Shown here in pieces: positions 13,818 to 27,004 of a DNA stretch of 64,000 nucleotides. Position numbers and translations under genes: made by a program. Under the pieces are notes generated by a model. It had not been told where the DNA came from and ran no database searches. It saw only the letters and a list, made by a program, of their open reading frames with translations. The first letter of the stretch is position 1. Each line of letters starts with the position of its first letter. Origin of the DNA: Heteronotia binoei. Lineage: Eukaryota. Location: contig NC_083223.1 in NCBI RefSeq assembly GCF_032191835.1, positions 76,260,001 through 76,324,000 of the forward strand, in the 5' to 3' direction.

Positions 13818-14044
13818 GTTAGCTGCTTTGTGTTTAGCCTGTCTTTCTTTTACTTTCTGACTTAAATAGTTTGGAAAGGGAGTCTGGCTTCCATCACAGA
13901 AGAGTTAACTCCTGCCACCCCACTGCTGCACTGATCCAGATCTGCTCTCACCACCTACACGTGATTGTAATTTTCCAGTAAAATGCTGTTGCAAGCTGAC
14001 AATAAGTCTTCCAGATCTGGTTTGGACTTCAGCCTCCTCAAATA

Positions 14045-14315
14045 GGAGAGCCAGTTTGGTATAGTTGTTAAGTGTTTGGACTCTTTATCTGGGAGAACCG
14101 GGTTTGATTCCCCACGCCTCCACTTACAGCTGCTGCAATGGCCTTGGGTTAGCCATAGCTATTGCAGGAGTTGTTCTTGAAAGGGCAGCTACTGTGGGAG
14201 CCCTCTGAGCCCCAGCCATCTCACAGGGTGTCTGTTGTGAGGGGAGAAGATATAGGAGATTGTGAGGCACTCTGAGTCAGAGAGAAGAGTAGGGTATAAA
14301 TCTGCAGTCTTCTTC
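14045..14315 (+). mobile_element. tRNA-derived SINE (Squam3-like)
   Basis: Full-length homolog of 13398-13672. Confidence 0.85.
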
Positions 14316-14761
14316 AAACAGTAAAGAGCTTAAAAGTCTTTAATTCTGGACAAACGATAAGGGGTGATATGGGCGGGGGAACAGAAGAAGGTAGAGAGTA
14401 TGGTTGTAAATGTTATAGAAATTTTGATGTTATGAATAAAACACTCCCCATGGGGGGGGGAATAGTGGGAGACGCATATTAAATAATACCTTCTTATTTT
14501 CTTGCTTAAATTTAACAAGCATAAAAACATCACCTGTAAATTTATTAGCATATACTATTGTACTTATTTGGCATGTTTGTGAAGTTTAAAAGTATAAATG
14601 CATTCCTATTTTCATGCAAAACCGAAATGTATCCAATAGTGGAGATTCAGATTGTTGCACTCATGCTGTTTAAACTCATATTACTTTTTATCACCTGATA
14701 TGTAGAGAAGAATAGCCATAAATTTAGTAATGAACCACAGAAAGTTTATTATTTGGCCTTC

Positions 14762-14965
14762 GTTTCGGGTGGGTAGCCATGTTGGTCTGCAGTAGAAAAG
14801 CAAAATTTGAGTCCAATAGTACCTTAAAGACCAACAAGATTTCCAGAGTACAAGCTTTTAAGCATCAAAGCTTTGGAGCTTGAAGAGAGCTTTAACTCTT
14901 GAAAGTTTATATGCTGAAGATCTTATTGGTCTTTAAGCTGCTACTGGACAGAAACCCTGCTTTTC
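14762..14965. mobile_element. Penelope-like inverted terminal fragment, old
   Basis: ccttaaagaccaacaagat ... atcttattggtctttaagctg inverted arms, with a degenerate hammerhead core (ttgaagagagctttaactcttgaaagttta). Confidence 0.6.
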
Positions 14966-16463
14966 TCTTTGAGCTTAGAAACATAACAAGTTTTAAGGAC
15001 TATCAGCAATGTTCATATTGAGTTAAACTTAACACAATGTTTTATCATATACATTTTGTCATATTAATTGTGAATAAGTCTCAGTAAATTGGTGAAGAGA
15101 TCCTTGAAAACATGTTGTCTGTATGTGCGGTGTGTTGCACAGAAACTGAACAACATTGTCTTTAAAAGTATTTCACTCATTCTGAAAGAGAAAATATGTC
15201 ACAAGAGTTCTTTTCAGTGCTCTTCCAAGTTTCTACTTGCATCAGAAAAAATGGGGAGCGGGTAGTCTATGAGGATGTGTTTAAGGGAAAATAAGGGTGG
15301 GGGGGCTCAAAAGATTTCCCCCCAGGGCTTCCTACCATCAGAAGTTAAAAAAAAAGGATGGAATATTTATACAGAGTAGGAGATGGGAATAGATCCAGGT
15401 GGGTACCATGAGATAGATCCAGGTGGGTACCTGTGTTGGTTTGAAGTAGTAGTACGGAGTCTGAGTCCAATTGTTTCTTTTAAGACCAACAATTAATAAA
15501 ACTTAGCCATTGAACTTAAACTTTGTTCTAACCCATGAGATGACACTGAACTGGTGTCTATGGAAATCTTTTCCAATCTTTGGGAAAAGATTATTTAGTT
15601 GTAAATCTGTATATTTGTCTTGTCCTTATCTGATAAGATTCCCCAGGCAATGATATAATGTGTCTGAGAGAAACCATAACAAAACTCTGTTGCCTGAAAT
15701 TTTATATGCTACGGTTAACTATTTTTACTTGGTTTACTGACACATGCCTTGTTGTCTGAGCACTGGAATGCAGAGTAGAATGCTGTTCCACATCTTAAAT
15801 TGAGGATAAATATTAGAAAGCAAAGTGAAAGCAATTATTTTGAATCAATGTTGAATTTGCATTTCAAATCCTAACCTTAGGGTTCACCTCATTTTTCTTC
15901 CAGTTTTAAAAACTCAGTTACAATTCCCAGCACTGGCAAGGTTAGAGAAGTTTAAAACAAAAAACTAAGAGTTGATAATTTGGGATTATTTTGTAACTCT
16001 GCAAGTGCCTTCAATCATAAAAGACTATTTTGAGGATTTGTTCTGTATTTTGGAGTGGAAAACAAAAGAAAGTATCATATCTCAGAACATAGGGTTTTTT
16101 AAAAACTGAGATGAGTATAGGCAGAAGGCTGTTAGCTAAAATGAGAACCCCCTCACCTGTCCTAAAACCCTGACAGTGCTGATGCCAACTTGGTACCTGC
16201 AGCTGTTCCACAGAGACGAAATATATGATACATCCTTCAGCCAAGGTTTCATCTACAGAGTGCACAGCAGCTCTGGTAGAATCTACCAGTCATGGAACAA
16301 TGTGCTGCCACATCCCTTGAATGGCACACATGGATTCAGCCACCATTGCAGCCACAACCCACAGATGTCATGGTGTTGCCATCCGTATGGTGGGCCAGAA
16401 GACAGGGGTGCAGAGTGTCTGAGCCTTTGAACCCCATGGAGGTTAATAATGCAAGTTGTAAGG

Positions 16464-17075
16464 CAGGGATGTCAACTGTGTGGCTCGAATCAGGCCCCTG
16501 GAGAGATCCTATTAGACCCACAAGCAACTCACTGTCATCTGGTTCCTTCTCTCTTTCTTGTTTCCTTCTGCATCACAGCTTGCTTTGCCAGGCTTGCTCA
16601 GTCGCTCAAAAGCTACAGACAAAGTCTTTATTTTCTTCATTGACTGACCAACACATGAAGTAATTATGTACAAAAGCTCACAATGCCCAGCCATTTAATG
16701 TTTTTCACTGGGTCTTAGGCTAAAAACATTGACCATGAGATTTCTGTAATGAATGTCAGTAAATCAAAAGTAGGTTTGCAATTTACACACACACACACCT
16801 GAACAGTATACTCAAGATTGCTACAGCACAGACATTGTATCCAAATTTTGATGCAATAATTCAGAGCAAGAGTTGTCAGTTATCAGATGCTGTTAAATAA
16901 ATGAAATATTGCAAGAGTTCTAATCTTTTAGTTTAAAAAATATTTAACTGTGTTTGTGTCTTTTATAAAGTTTATATCTTTCCAACTGGCATTATATTTT
17001 ATGACACACATGGCCCAGCCCAACAAGGATCTTATGTAAGATCCATCCCTTATAACAAATGAGTTCAACACCCTG
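16464..17075. mobile_element. hAT MITE (caggggtgtcaaac family)
   Basis: Termini cagggatgtcaac / gttcaacaccctg. Body homologous to 25166, 43163 and 45708. Confidence 0.75.
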
Positions 17076-18036
17076 TAAGAGCTCTGGAGTTAAGACTATA
17101 GTCAAAAGTAAGGGTTTAATTCCCTGCCTGCTGCATCCAAATTCTCTTTGACTAGATGGACCTACAAGGGAGGAAGTATAGCCAGTCCAGCCAAAGTTTT
17201 CCGATGCTCCCTTAGCTCACTCAACACAGGCAGCCATGATGGGCAACCCAGGACGTCTCCCACTAAAGGTTTGGATCGCACCCTGGGTGAGACTTGAGAG
17301 AAGCAGCCTTTTGCCAGGCAAGAGGAACGCAGATGCTGAGCAATAACAAGGGAACACACTGGAGAAGAAGCCAGGGATTGAACACAGAAGTTTGTGAATG
17401 CATAGGATCTCATCTTCTGTGAGTGGTTTGGCACAAAATGTTTAGTATAAGAACATGGCCACTCATTTTTGATAGGCTTTCAGAACCTGTGTTTAACCGC
17501 CCCCCCCCCAAAAAATCCTCTTTTTTTGTAAGATAAAACCTGAGCTGATATGGTCACTTGAACAATCATCCTGCAAGGTGACCAGCAGTGGAGAATAGAA
17601 ATCCCACAGCAACCTGTGCAATGAAACATTGCATTGTTCCAGTGACTTAAATAATTGTTACCCAATAGTATGCTTTTTATCCAGTTTCATCTTGTTCAAG
17701 TGAATAAATCTTATAGATGCTGTGGTCTTTGAAAGTCTGTGCTGCCTAGGTTTGTTGATTTAAAGAAATGTCAGTGACTCTGAATTAGTATCCCAGTCCC
17801 TAGATAAAGGCTGTTAGCTTTCAGTCAGCTTTCTGTATCAGATAATTTTCTGGGTGAAATATATTGTCTGGTTTAATCAATTCTTTGTTTCAAGTGTGAT
17901 TTCTTCCTCATTTCCTCAACGCAGAACTCTGTTTCAAATGATCAGTTTACTTCATAAGACATAGATGTTTCTGGGGTAGTAGTAGGCTCAGGGTTCTGTA
18001 TTCCCAGCATCTCTTGCTTCCATGTATGCTATATTT

Positions 18037-18174
18037 CAGGGGTGGCCAACGGTTGCTCTCCAGATGTGTTTTTTGCCTACAACTCCCATCAGCCCCAGCC
18101 ATTGGTCATGCTGGCTGGGGCTGATGGGAGTTGCAGGCAAAAAAAATCTGGAGAGCTACCACTGGCCACCCCTG
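18037..18174. mobile_element. Hairpin hAT MITE (caggggtggcc family)
   Basis: Near-perfect palindrome with 8-bp TSD ctatattt. Confidence 0.9.
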
Positions 18175-18811
18175 CTATATTTCATTTTTAACATGGGGAC
18201 CCCCCTCCCTTTTGACAATAAGCATCATAACTCAAAGTTCCTCTCTCCCCTTACATTGCTGCTAATATTCTTTGTGATATTCATTTACTCTGCAAAGATG
18301 ATATATGTTTTATAAAGATATACTAGAAAAAATGTGATTGTCTTATTTATTTAATTTATTTAAAACATTTCTGTGCCATCTTTCCACCCAGTTCAGGGTC
18401 CCCAAGGTGGCCAATGTTAAAATGTTAATTCCAGGCATTAAAAGCATTTAAAATGCATAACATACATATATGTCAGGACATGACAAGAGAGCCAAATGGC
18501 AATCTAGTTCAAGGACCAACGGAAGGTGGTAGGTGAAGGCAGAGGGTTGGCTATGTAAAGTTGTATAAAAAAAAATCAGTTTGCATTTGGAAGAGACAGA
18601 CAGAAGCAGAGATACAGAACTGTGGTTTGACTGAACGATAAAGAACTTGATGTGCTGAATTTTTCGGACTCAGGATACGATCTTAAGCATGCTTGTTTAG
18701 GTAGTAAATCCCAGTGAGCTCAGCGGGGCTTACTTTTTAGTAAACATATTTAGGATTGTAATGTCAGAAGCTTAGCTGCACATCACCAGCCAGTGAGAGC
18801 TGACTAAAGTG

Positions 18812-19475
18812 GAGCTGTATTTGAAATACTGCAGTGTACACATCACCTGCTTTTAATATTAGGCTTCAAACGTATAAGGTGATTTCTAGATGGTACCTAA
18901 CTCCGGCTCAACTTTTGCATTCCATTCCTGATATGTCCCCTCACTGTTGGAAACGTTGTGGTTCTAAGGCTACCTTTTACCATGCTTGGTGGTCTTGCCC
19001 AGTGATTGTCACCTTCTGGAAACAGGTGGTTAAGGAAATTTTCAGAATTATAGGGGTTATGATCCCATTCTCTCCAACTTTGATTCTTTTAAATCTTTGG
19101 GGACCTGGGTTTGCTTTGAAACAAGATAAAGAGCTTATAATGAGTTTACTGACTACAGCTAAAGTGGTTATTGCTTGTAAATGGAAAGATGAGCAATCCC
19201 CTAGTCTATGGGCTTGGTATCTCAAACTTTGGGATTACTTTACACTAGATAAGATTACTGATGAGGTGCAGTCACGTGCTAATATACCTCAACATAAATC
19301 TGTAATGGAAAAATGGTCTCCTTTTTAAAGAATCCATTTTGCTAATTATTTAACTTTGTCTTAATTTGTGTAACATTACTGTTGAGTTTATGTTGTTTCA
19401 TATTTTGGAACTTTATGTTTTTCTGTAAACTGTTTGAGTTTATAATAAAGAAAAAAAATATTTTTAAAAAACAAA
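18812..19475 (+). mobile_element. L1-clade LINE 3' fragment
   Basis: ORF 18834-19328 has the ORF2 C-terminal Cys/His knuckle (CWKRC..FYHAWWSC). A-rich tail and 9-bp TSD actaaagtg (18803-18811, 19476-19484). Confidence 0.85.
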
Positions 19476-19595
19476 ACTAAAGTGACCCATGAGGTGAATG
19501 AGCAGCTTCATGCCTTGTTCTGTGCATGCACAGTGGCTGAAAAGCAAGAACCTTTGTCCATCCAGGAGCCTGCCAACAACAATGAAATGCTAGAG

Positions 19596-19731
19596 CAGGG
19601 GTGGCCAACAGTTGCTCTCCAGATGTTTTTTGCCTACAACTCCCATCAGCCCCAGCCATGATGGCCAATGGCTGGGGCTGATGGGAATTGTAGGCAAAAA
19701 ACATCTGGAGAGCTACCGTTGGCCACCCCTG
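19596..19731. mobile_element. Hairpin hAT MITE (caggggtggcc family)
   Basis: Near-perfect palindrome with 8-bp TSD tgctagag. Confidence 0.9.
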
Positions 19732-20109
19732 TGCTAGAGGAACAGATACAGGTTTTAGGAGAGTTCCTGGGGAAAGAGTTTGCAGGCATTTAAGCTGAAG
19801 AAAGTACAGCTGTATGCAAAGTGAGTGGTGTGGAAAGAGATGAAATTCAAGAAGGCCTTAATGAATGGAATCACATTGCCCTACAGCTGACGTACTTCAG
19901 AGGCAAGTGCTAAAATTATCCAAAAGTTTGTGAATAATACCTGGTTTGATATCCTGCTTTGCATAAATCTGAGGTGTTGAACAGAACGGGGTTGTGCGGA
20001 TTGTTGTAAATAGATCTGTCCTGCTGGTCCTGCAGAACATACAGCTGGAGGGGGAATTGTTACAGGGCTTAGATATTCAGTTTGAATCAAGACAACAGAA
20101 ACATTTTGG

Positions 20110-20345
20110 GCTGGTAGCGAAAAGAAAGGCATCAGGTAAGCCTCGGGAGGGAAGGCTTTCTGTTTGTTGAGTGCCACTACTGAAAAGGCCCTGTCTCTGG
20201 TGACCTTCCTCAACTCTGATAGAAGGCTTGAGAGGAATATCTTAACTAGTGGTATGGACATTATGACAGGAATCAGTCCTTCAAGTACACTGGTCCTAAG
20301 ACATTTAGAGCTTTAAAGTTAAGAACCAGAACTTTAAATTGTGCA
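20110..20345 (-). mobile_element. L2 LINE 3' fragment, degraded
   Basis: Minus translation includes FKVLVLNFKALN.LGP and TRDRAFSVVA, homologous to the ORF at 23753-24214. Confidence 0.65.
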
Positions 20346-23300
20346 TCCAGGACAGACCTTTTGGTATAGTCCCTGTACCCCGCCTCCAACAATCGTCTAA
20401 TGGTATATCACTGCTGATACAGAATTTTACCCAGTGCAGTTAATAGAACTACAGGTAATTAAGAGGAATACGTATTCTGTGAGTGACGATGTATCATATT
20501 GGGGTTTTAAATCACTTCCATAAAGCTAGGGAAGGAGTTATATATTGATCCTTGAGAGGACAAAGAATAAGTGACTTTACTATCCATTTAAATCTGCTGC
20601 TCTTTATGAGTGTCTCATTGCCTTCACTTATACTCCAGTACATTTCAAAATAAAGCAGGTTATTACTAATCTTGTCCAAAGGAAAGTGTGGCCTGAAAAC
20701 ATGACCTCTAGAACTTCTACCCACTCAGGGAATAGAATAATATAACATATTATCACGTGTTGAACATGGACCTTGGCTGCTGCAGTATGTGAAATGGCAG
20801 GCTGAGTGCTGAACAGTATCTTGAGTGTTCATGCAGAAGTGCTGTAAATGTGTTCTAGATGGCAAGCTGCATTTGCCACCCACTCAGAGGTCATTTCATA
20901 CAGGTTATTTGCCCTGTGTTCAGTGCTGTTTATTTATTTATTTATTTATTTGATGGACTTATATCCCGCCCTTCTCACCGAAGTGTCTTGGGCAATGGGA
21001 TTTTTTTTTCTTGATTCTTCACAGCATCATGGTAAATTTGTGCGCCTTCCATGGTCTCCCTGGCTTTTCTCCAGTCTTTCTCAAATCCCCAGTTGTCTCA
21101 AAGACTCTTTCAAGCTGGCCAGTGAAGTTCCTTGATCCTAAAAGAGTATAAGTAGTTGCATGGAATTCCAATTTCAGTGTTTCCGTTCTGGATTGGCATG
21201 TGATTGCTCTGCAAGACTTAGTCCTTAACGGCTTAAATAGTGCTACAGTGGACTGAAATATATTGCAGGAAGACAATAAATGAAAACTGACACCTACTTT
21301 ATTTTCCCTCTAAATAACACTGAATGATAGTTGAAAGGAATGACTCTCATCTCTGGTTCTCTAAATTCCTCTTCTGAAATGCTACATGCATGAGAAGCTG
21401 TGTGTGGAGTGTTTGCCAGTGGTACCACTGGCAGCATTTTCAAAGGGGATAGCAAAAGTTCTGCCGTGGAGTTTCAGAATGGGAGAAAAGCTGCAGAACA
21501 GCCATGTAGTTTATGACAGTTACCAAGTATTATTCTAACAAAAGAAACACACATGCACTTGTGCCGTGTTCTTCTTCTTGTTGTTTTTAGTATCCGTGGT
21601 GACCTTTTAGAGAACAATCTGAAGCAGATCTACTTAGCATCCTGTTCAGGTCTATTCTACTGGAAAGCATTTCCTATCCTAGGAAAGTATTCGTAGGTTT
21701 GCACTGGTAGCCTCCTGCAGAAACTTAAGTCTTAAGGATATGTCACTTGGATTTATGCCTGTTCTTTTCTTATCATTTTTGCTTACGCCTTTCTTCTCTT
21801 GCCTCTGTTGCTCCTTCCCCATTTAGATCATAACTTCCATCAGTGAACTTGTTGTTTTTTTTTTCAACTTCATCTTTCCTTTTTGTTTTTGTTACTTTCT
21901 GAAGTGCCATGTACATCAGTGGTGTCATAAAATAATTCAGGTGTGTCCAAAAGGCTACTTGACTCACTGATACTGCATTTTATTGCCTCTAAGACCTGCC
22001 AGGGAAAGAAAAAAAAACAAGTTAAATCCTTAAGAAGAGCCTTGATGAGTGTGTACTGCAACTCAGTACCAGTGTTGACCAAAGAAAGCATACACTATTA
22101 GGCATATAATAGCAAGATTCTCCGCTACCAATTAAAAGGAAAGGGTTGGATCCCCATTATTGCAAGTGGAATGGAGCTCATGAAATGGGATTTTTGTGTC
22201 TCCCAGTGCAACCCTCTAAGCCCATCCCATTTTTCTTGTGACCTGTTGCTTAAAAAGCTGGGGGTACATGTGCATGCACCTACAGATTCCTTGGACAAAA
22301 AAGGCAGGAAATGTCAGATTGAAAGAGCAGTGTACTGTTCTTGAGCTACAGGTAATTAGGTGAGGGGAGGTGTCTGGGCAGAAAGGAAAGGTCTCTGTTT
22401 AGTGATTTCATGGGTGGAGGATGGGACCTGGGAAAGGAGCAGAACCTCATGCCACTAAGCCTTGTTCTATAGTGGCAGAAGAACAGTTTGGGATGGAAAA
22501 CTGAACCCAGATTGCTTATGCCATGATGCTGCTTTGATACTGTTTTTCCTGGGTACCTCACATGTCTTCTGAGAAACCTGTATAAGGGTCAAGAAGCAGC
22601 TGTCAGAACAGGATATGGAACAACTGATTGGTTTAGAATAGGAAAAGAAGTTCGACAAGGATGCATATTGTCACCCTGCTTATTTAATTTATATGCAGAG
22701 TACATCATGTGGTTGAAGCAAAAGCTGGAATTAAGATTGCTGGGGAAAACATCAACAACCTCAGATATGCAGGTGACACCACTCTATTGGCAGAAACTGA
22801 AGAGGACCTAAAGAACCTATTGTTGAGGGTGAAAGAGGAGAGCACTAAAGTAGGCTTGAAACTCAACATCAAAAAAACTAAGATCATGGCATCCTGCCCC
22901 ACTCCTTGGCAAATAGAAGGGGAAGACATGGAAGTAGTGACAAACTTCACATTTCTGGGATCCAAGATCACTGCAGATGGTGACTGTAGCCATGAAATTA
23001 AAAGACGTTTGCTCCTTGGGAGGACAGCTATGGCAAACCTAGGCAGTATAATGAAAAATAGAGACATCATCCTGCCAACAAAAGTCTGTATAGTCAAAGC
23101 AATGGTATTCCCAGTAGTAATGTATGGTTGTGAGAGCTGGACCATAAGGAAGGCTGAGCACAGTAGAATAGATGCTTTCAAGCTATGGTGCTGGAGAAGA
23201 ATCTTGAGAGTCCCTTGGACTGCAAGAAGATCAAATCAATCAGTCCTAAGCGAAATCAACCCTGACTGTTCCCTGGAAGGTCAGATGCTGAAGCTGAAAC

Positions 23301-23443
23301 TTAAATACTTTGGCCACAAAATGAGAAGGGAGCACTTACTGGAGAAGACCCTGATGCTGGGAAAGACAGAAGACAAAAGAAGATGGGGACAGCAAAAGAT
23401 GAGATGGCTGGACAGCATTACTGATGTAACTAACATGAATTTG

Positions 23444-24140
23444 GATATTTTATTTTTTTTATTTATTTATCTGGGATTTATATCCCGCCCTTCCCATCGA
23501 GTGGCTCAGGGCGGCTTACAACATATGTAAAACTAACATAAAAATAAGTTACACTATAAAATTAACATTTCCTTAAATAATTAAAATCCAATGTTTGTTA
23601 TAAATGTACATGTCGTTAAAATCAGACAGCAGTCGTAAAGCTACACTCTATTCAAATTCAAATACTGATTCGGTATACCGTCTTCAACATTTCGATGTTC
23701 CATATTCGATATTCAGTAGTCGGTATACAGGTATACAAGGATACAAGGCCGGTTAGTTGTGGGCCAGCCGGAAGAGGGTTGTCTTACAGGCCCTGCGGAA
23801 TGGAGTAAGATCCTGCAGGGCCCTTACCTCCTCCGGCAACTGGTTCCACCAAAATGGAGCCATTACAGAGAAGGCCCGGTCCCTTGTGATCTTCAAGCGG
23901 GCCTCCTTTGGCCTGGGGACGACCAAAAGATTTTGAGATCCCGATCGCAGTGCTTTCTGGGGAACATGCGGGGAGAGACGGTCCCTTAGGTAGGCAGGTC
24001 CTAGACCATATAGGGCTTTAAAGGTAATAACCAGCACCTTGTACCAAACTCGGTAGGATATTGGCAGCCAGTGCAGAGCCCGAAGTCCCGGCTGAATGTG
24101 CTCCCATCTTGGGAGCCCCAATAACAGCCGGGCGGCGGCG
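23444..24140 (-). mobile_element. L2 LINE 3' fragment
   Basis: ORF 23753-24214 (AARLL..HI.P.L..LHWLP..RV.YKVL..TFKAL.GLGP.YL, RAFS..AP..WN.LP). (AAAT)n tail at 23450-23470 on the minus strand. Confidence 0.9.
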
Positions 24141-24359
24141 TAGATCCGAGTGGGCAGCCATGTTGGTCTGAAGCAATAGAACAAAGCAGTAGACAAGTGC
24201 ACCTTTAAGACCAACTAAGTTTTATTCAGAATGTAAGCTTTCGTATGCTCTTAAGCCATTCTCATTTTGTCTGATGAAGTCTGCTTAAGAGCATACGAAA
24301 GCTTGCATTCTGAATAAAACTTAGTTGGTCTTAAAGGTGAACTTGTCTACTGCTTTCTT
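24141..24359. mobile_element. Penelope-like inverted terminal fragment
   Basis: 74-bp arms at 24183-24256 and 24283-24356 with 2 mismatches and a 26-nt spacer. Confidence 0.75.
24268..24307 (+). ncRNA. Minimal hammerhead ribozyme motif (Penelope-associated type)
   Basis: tgt-CTGATGA-a-gtctgct-taag-agcatac-GAAA-gc-TT-gca: conserved core, 7-bp stem II with one mismatch, palindromic AAGCTT in place of stem III, 3-bp stem I. Confidence 0.55.
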
Positions 24360-25165
24360 CTAACATGAATTTGAGCAGACTTCAGAGGATGGTGGAAGAC
24401 AGGAGGGCATGGTGTGACTTTGTCTGTGGGGTTGCAAAGAGTAAGACTTGACTGTGCAACTGAACAACAAAAAAAGTCAGACATGTACCACCTCTGCTAG
24501 ATTTCTACACCTAAAGTGTTGCCCAAAAGAACTATGATTTTCAGTGAACCCTCATATTTACACTGGATTCTAATGTATATGGATTGGCATTCATGCCACG
24601 CCAGTTGCCCTGCTGAGCCAAGCTATGCTCAGAGCACTCCTGCTTGAATTAATACACAGTTAGTATCTCTTGCCCACAGAGCCATGGAGAATCTAGATTG
24701 TGTGTCACTTCCTTGGCTGTATAATCACTGCAAGCAGACAACTGCAACCCCATCTTCCTGAAGACATGGGAGTTACAGACCAAGGAGAAGCCATGCTTCT
24801 GGAAAACCTCAAAAAGGACAACATATTTTTTCCTGCAAGCAGCCATGAATCAGGAAGACAAAGGAATCAGAAAGAGGAGAGATGGGTGACAGGATCTGGA
24901 GCCCTTAATGTGACTGTATCATGCATTGTATTCCAGAATCTTGCCTATGCTTTGGTTATGCAGATACCTTGTTATCAAAAGGACATTCATAACATTTACC
25001 TATATACAAAAGACTTTTCCTGCTGCCTATTCAGGAAATCACTTCTGTCAATAGATCATAGTTGGACTGATCTTTCACCATCAGCCAGATCCTATCTCCC
25101 CACTTCCTGATTCCTTTGTCTTTCTTATGTCTGTACAAGAGCTGTCACAATAGCTAGCATTAGGT

Positions 25166-25687
25166 CAGGGATGTCAAACATGCGACCCAGGAGCCACATC
25201 AAGCCCCCGGAGGGTTCCTGTCAGGCCCACTTAGCAAGTTTGCTTTCTTCTCATTCTCTCTTGCTTTCTTCTGTGTCACAGCTTGCTTTGCCAGGCTTGC
25301 TCAACTGCACAGGAGCTACAGAGGAAAGCCTCTATTTTTCCCATTGGCTGAGGCTCCTCCCTTGGGGAGGAAGGGAAGAAGGGACAGCTTGCTTTGCCAG
25401 GCTCTCTCAATCGCACAGCAGAGCTACTGAGCCAAGCCTCTCTTCCTTCTATTGCCTGAGGGTCCTCCCCCTCCTGGTGTCCTAGGGAAGGAAGGAAAGA
25501 GCCAGAGCTTCCTCTGCCCAGTTCCCTGCATCCCCTGGAAAAGATACAAAATCTTTGTGTTTGTGTCCTTTATAAAGTTTATATTTCTGCTACCTGGCAT
25601 TCCGTCTTATGACACATGTGGCCTGGCTCAACAAGGTCTCATTTATGTCAGATCTGGCCCTCATAACAAATGAGTTCAACACCCATG
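25166..25687. mobile_element. hAT MITE (caggggtgtcaaac family)
   Basis: TIRs cagggatgtcaaac / gttcaacacccatg. TSD cattaggt / cattagat. Confidence 0.85.
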
Positions 25688-27004
25688 CATTAGATCCTAA
25701 ATTGCCCAGTATAGTTTTCTTTGTTTTTACATATGATCCACTTAAAGGAGCTATTATTGCTCTCTGGGTGCCTTTTGTCTAAAACATTGTGGGAACCATC
25801 TATCAGGAAGCATCATTAAGGGCTCTGCCTCAGGTTATGAATTTGGCTTTTTAAGGCAGACCTCTCTGCCATTCAAGACCCCTACCTTGCTGGAAGAGCC
25901 ATCCCCATTCCTGATCAGTCTGGGTCCATTATTATGGGTGACACTGGTCATCTCACGCTTTCCCTTCCCTCTCATCTTCCCTGCTGAACTTCTTCTCTCC
26001 AGGAACAAGTAACGCATCTCTTACCAACAATATTTCCTGCTAATGCAAACATCCCTATCTTTTCATAACTATTTTTCTTAGTTCTGAACTGTTTGTGTTG
26101 AATGTGTGATTTTTATCTTGTATGCTTGAGTTTTTCCCCAATAAAATATAATTGTGTTTTAGTTAAAACTCTCATCATTGACTCTTGGGATCCTGGGAAA
26201 TCCAACCCTGGTATGCACAGGTTATTGTTCCTGTACTATTTTGGCCATATTTCCCACCTAAATAGAATCCCCCAAATTTATACAAAAAGGCAATTTGGCT
26301 AACAAAAGGGACAGAGACTGGGACAATGAAAAAGTGTCCCCACCCCTTATTTTGAGGCAGGAAGATGACTGACCCCAGAAGGGGATGGACTCCCAAAGTG
26401 AGATTGTAGATTCTCAAGATGTGGAAAGGAAACTCTTGAGGATGTGAAAAGGAAGCTCTTTACATCTTGCCTACTTGTTGAGAGACATTGGGAGTAGTCC
26501 CAACTTTGAAAGCCAAGTTAATGAAGGACTGTTAAACACTACCGTTTCAAGTAAAATCTCCACAAAATTACTGAAGCAATTCCTATACCTTTAAGAGATT
26601 GATGTCCTCTGAGATCTCAGTGTTCACTGTGGTGCTCGCTAGACAACTGCAACAGTTTTGTCTGCCTTCAAACCTTGGTTCCTTTCAGTAAAAGCCATGG
26701 GCCCTTTCCCAAGGGTATTTTAGCCTCCCAGTCTGCCTTCGTTCCCCAACCCATCCTGGCAGGACTAAATCAGGGCTAGCACAGCAGCAACCACAAGCAA
26801 CTTGCTACTCTGCAATTTGTGCAACTTACTCTGGTATGGTGATGGCTGTGACACAACTCTCCTGGGACCATCACCTCTGCACTACTCGCACTACCTTGCT
26901 GAGCACAGCAGTGGTCACCACACAATTCACCTGAGTGACGTTCTCTGGCACAACTTCTTCTGCTTGGCCAAACTTTTCTCAGGAAGTGTGTAGGAGGGGA
27001 AGAA

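Larger units (their letters stand above)
22545..24475 (+). mobile_element. RTE-BovB LINE 3' part, interrupted at 23444-24359
   Basis: ORF 22709-23530 (NNLRYAGDTTL, GCESWTI, FKLWCWRRILRVPWTARRSNQS). Resumes at 24361 and ends caactgaacaacaaaaaaa. 14-bp duplication ctaacatgaatttg at the break. Confidence 0.92.
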
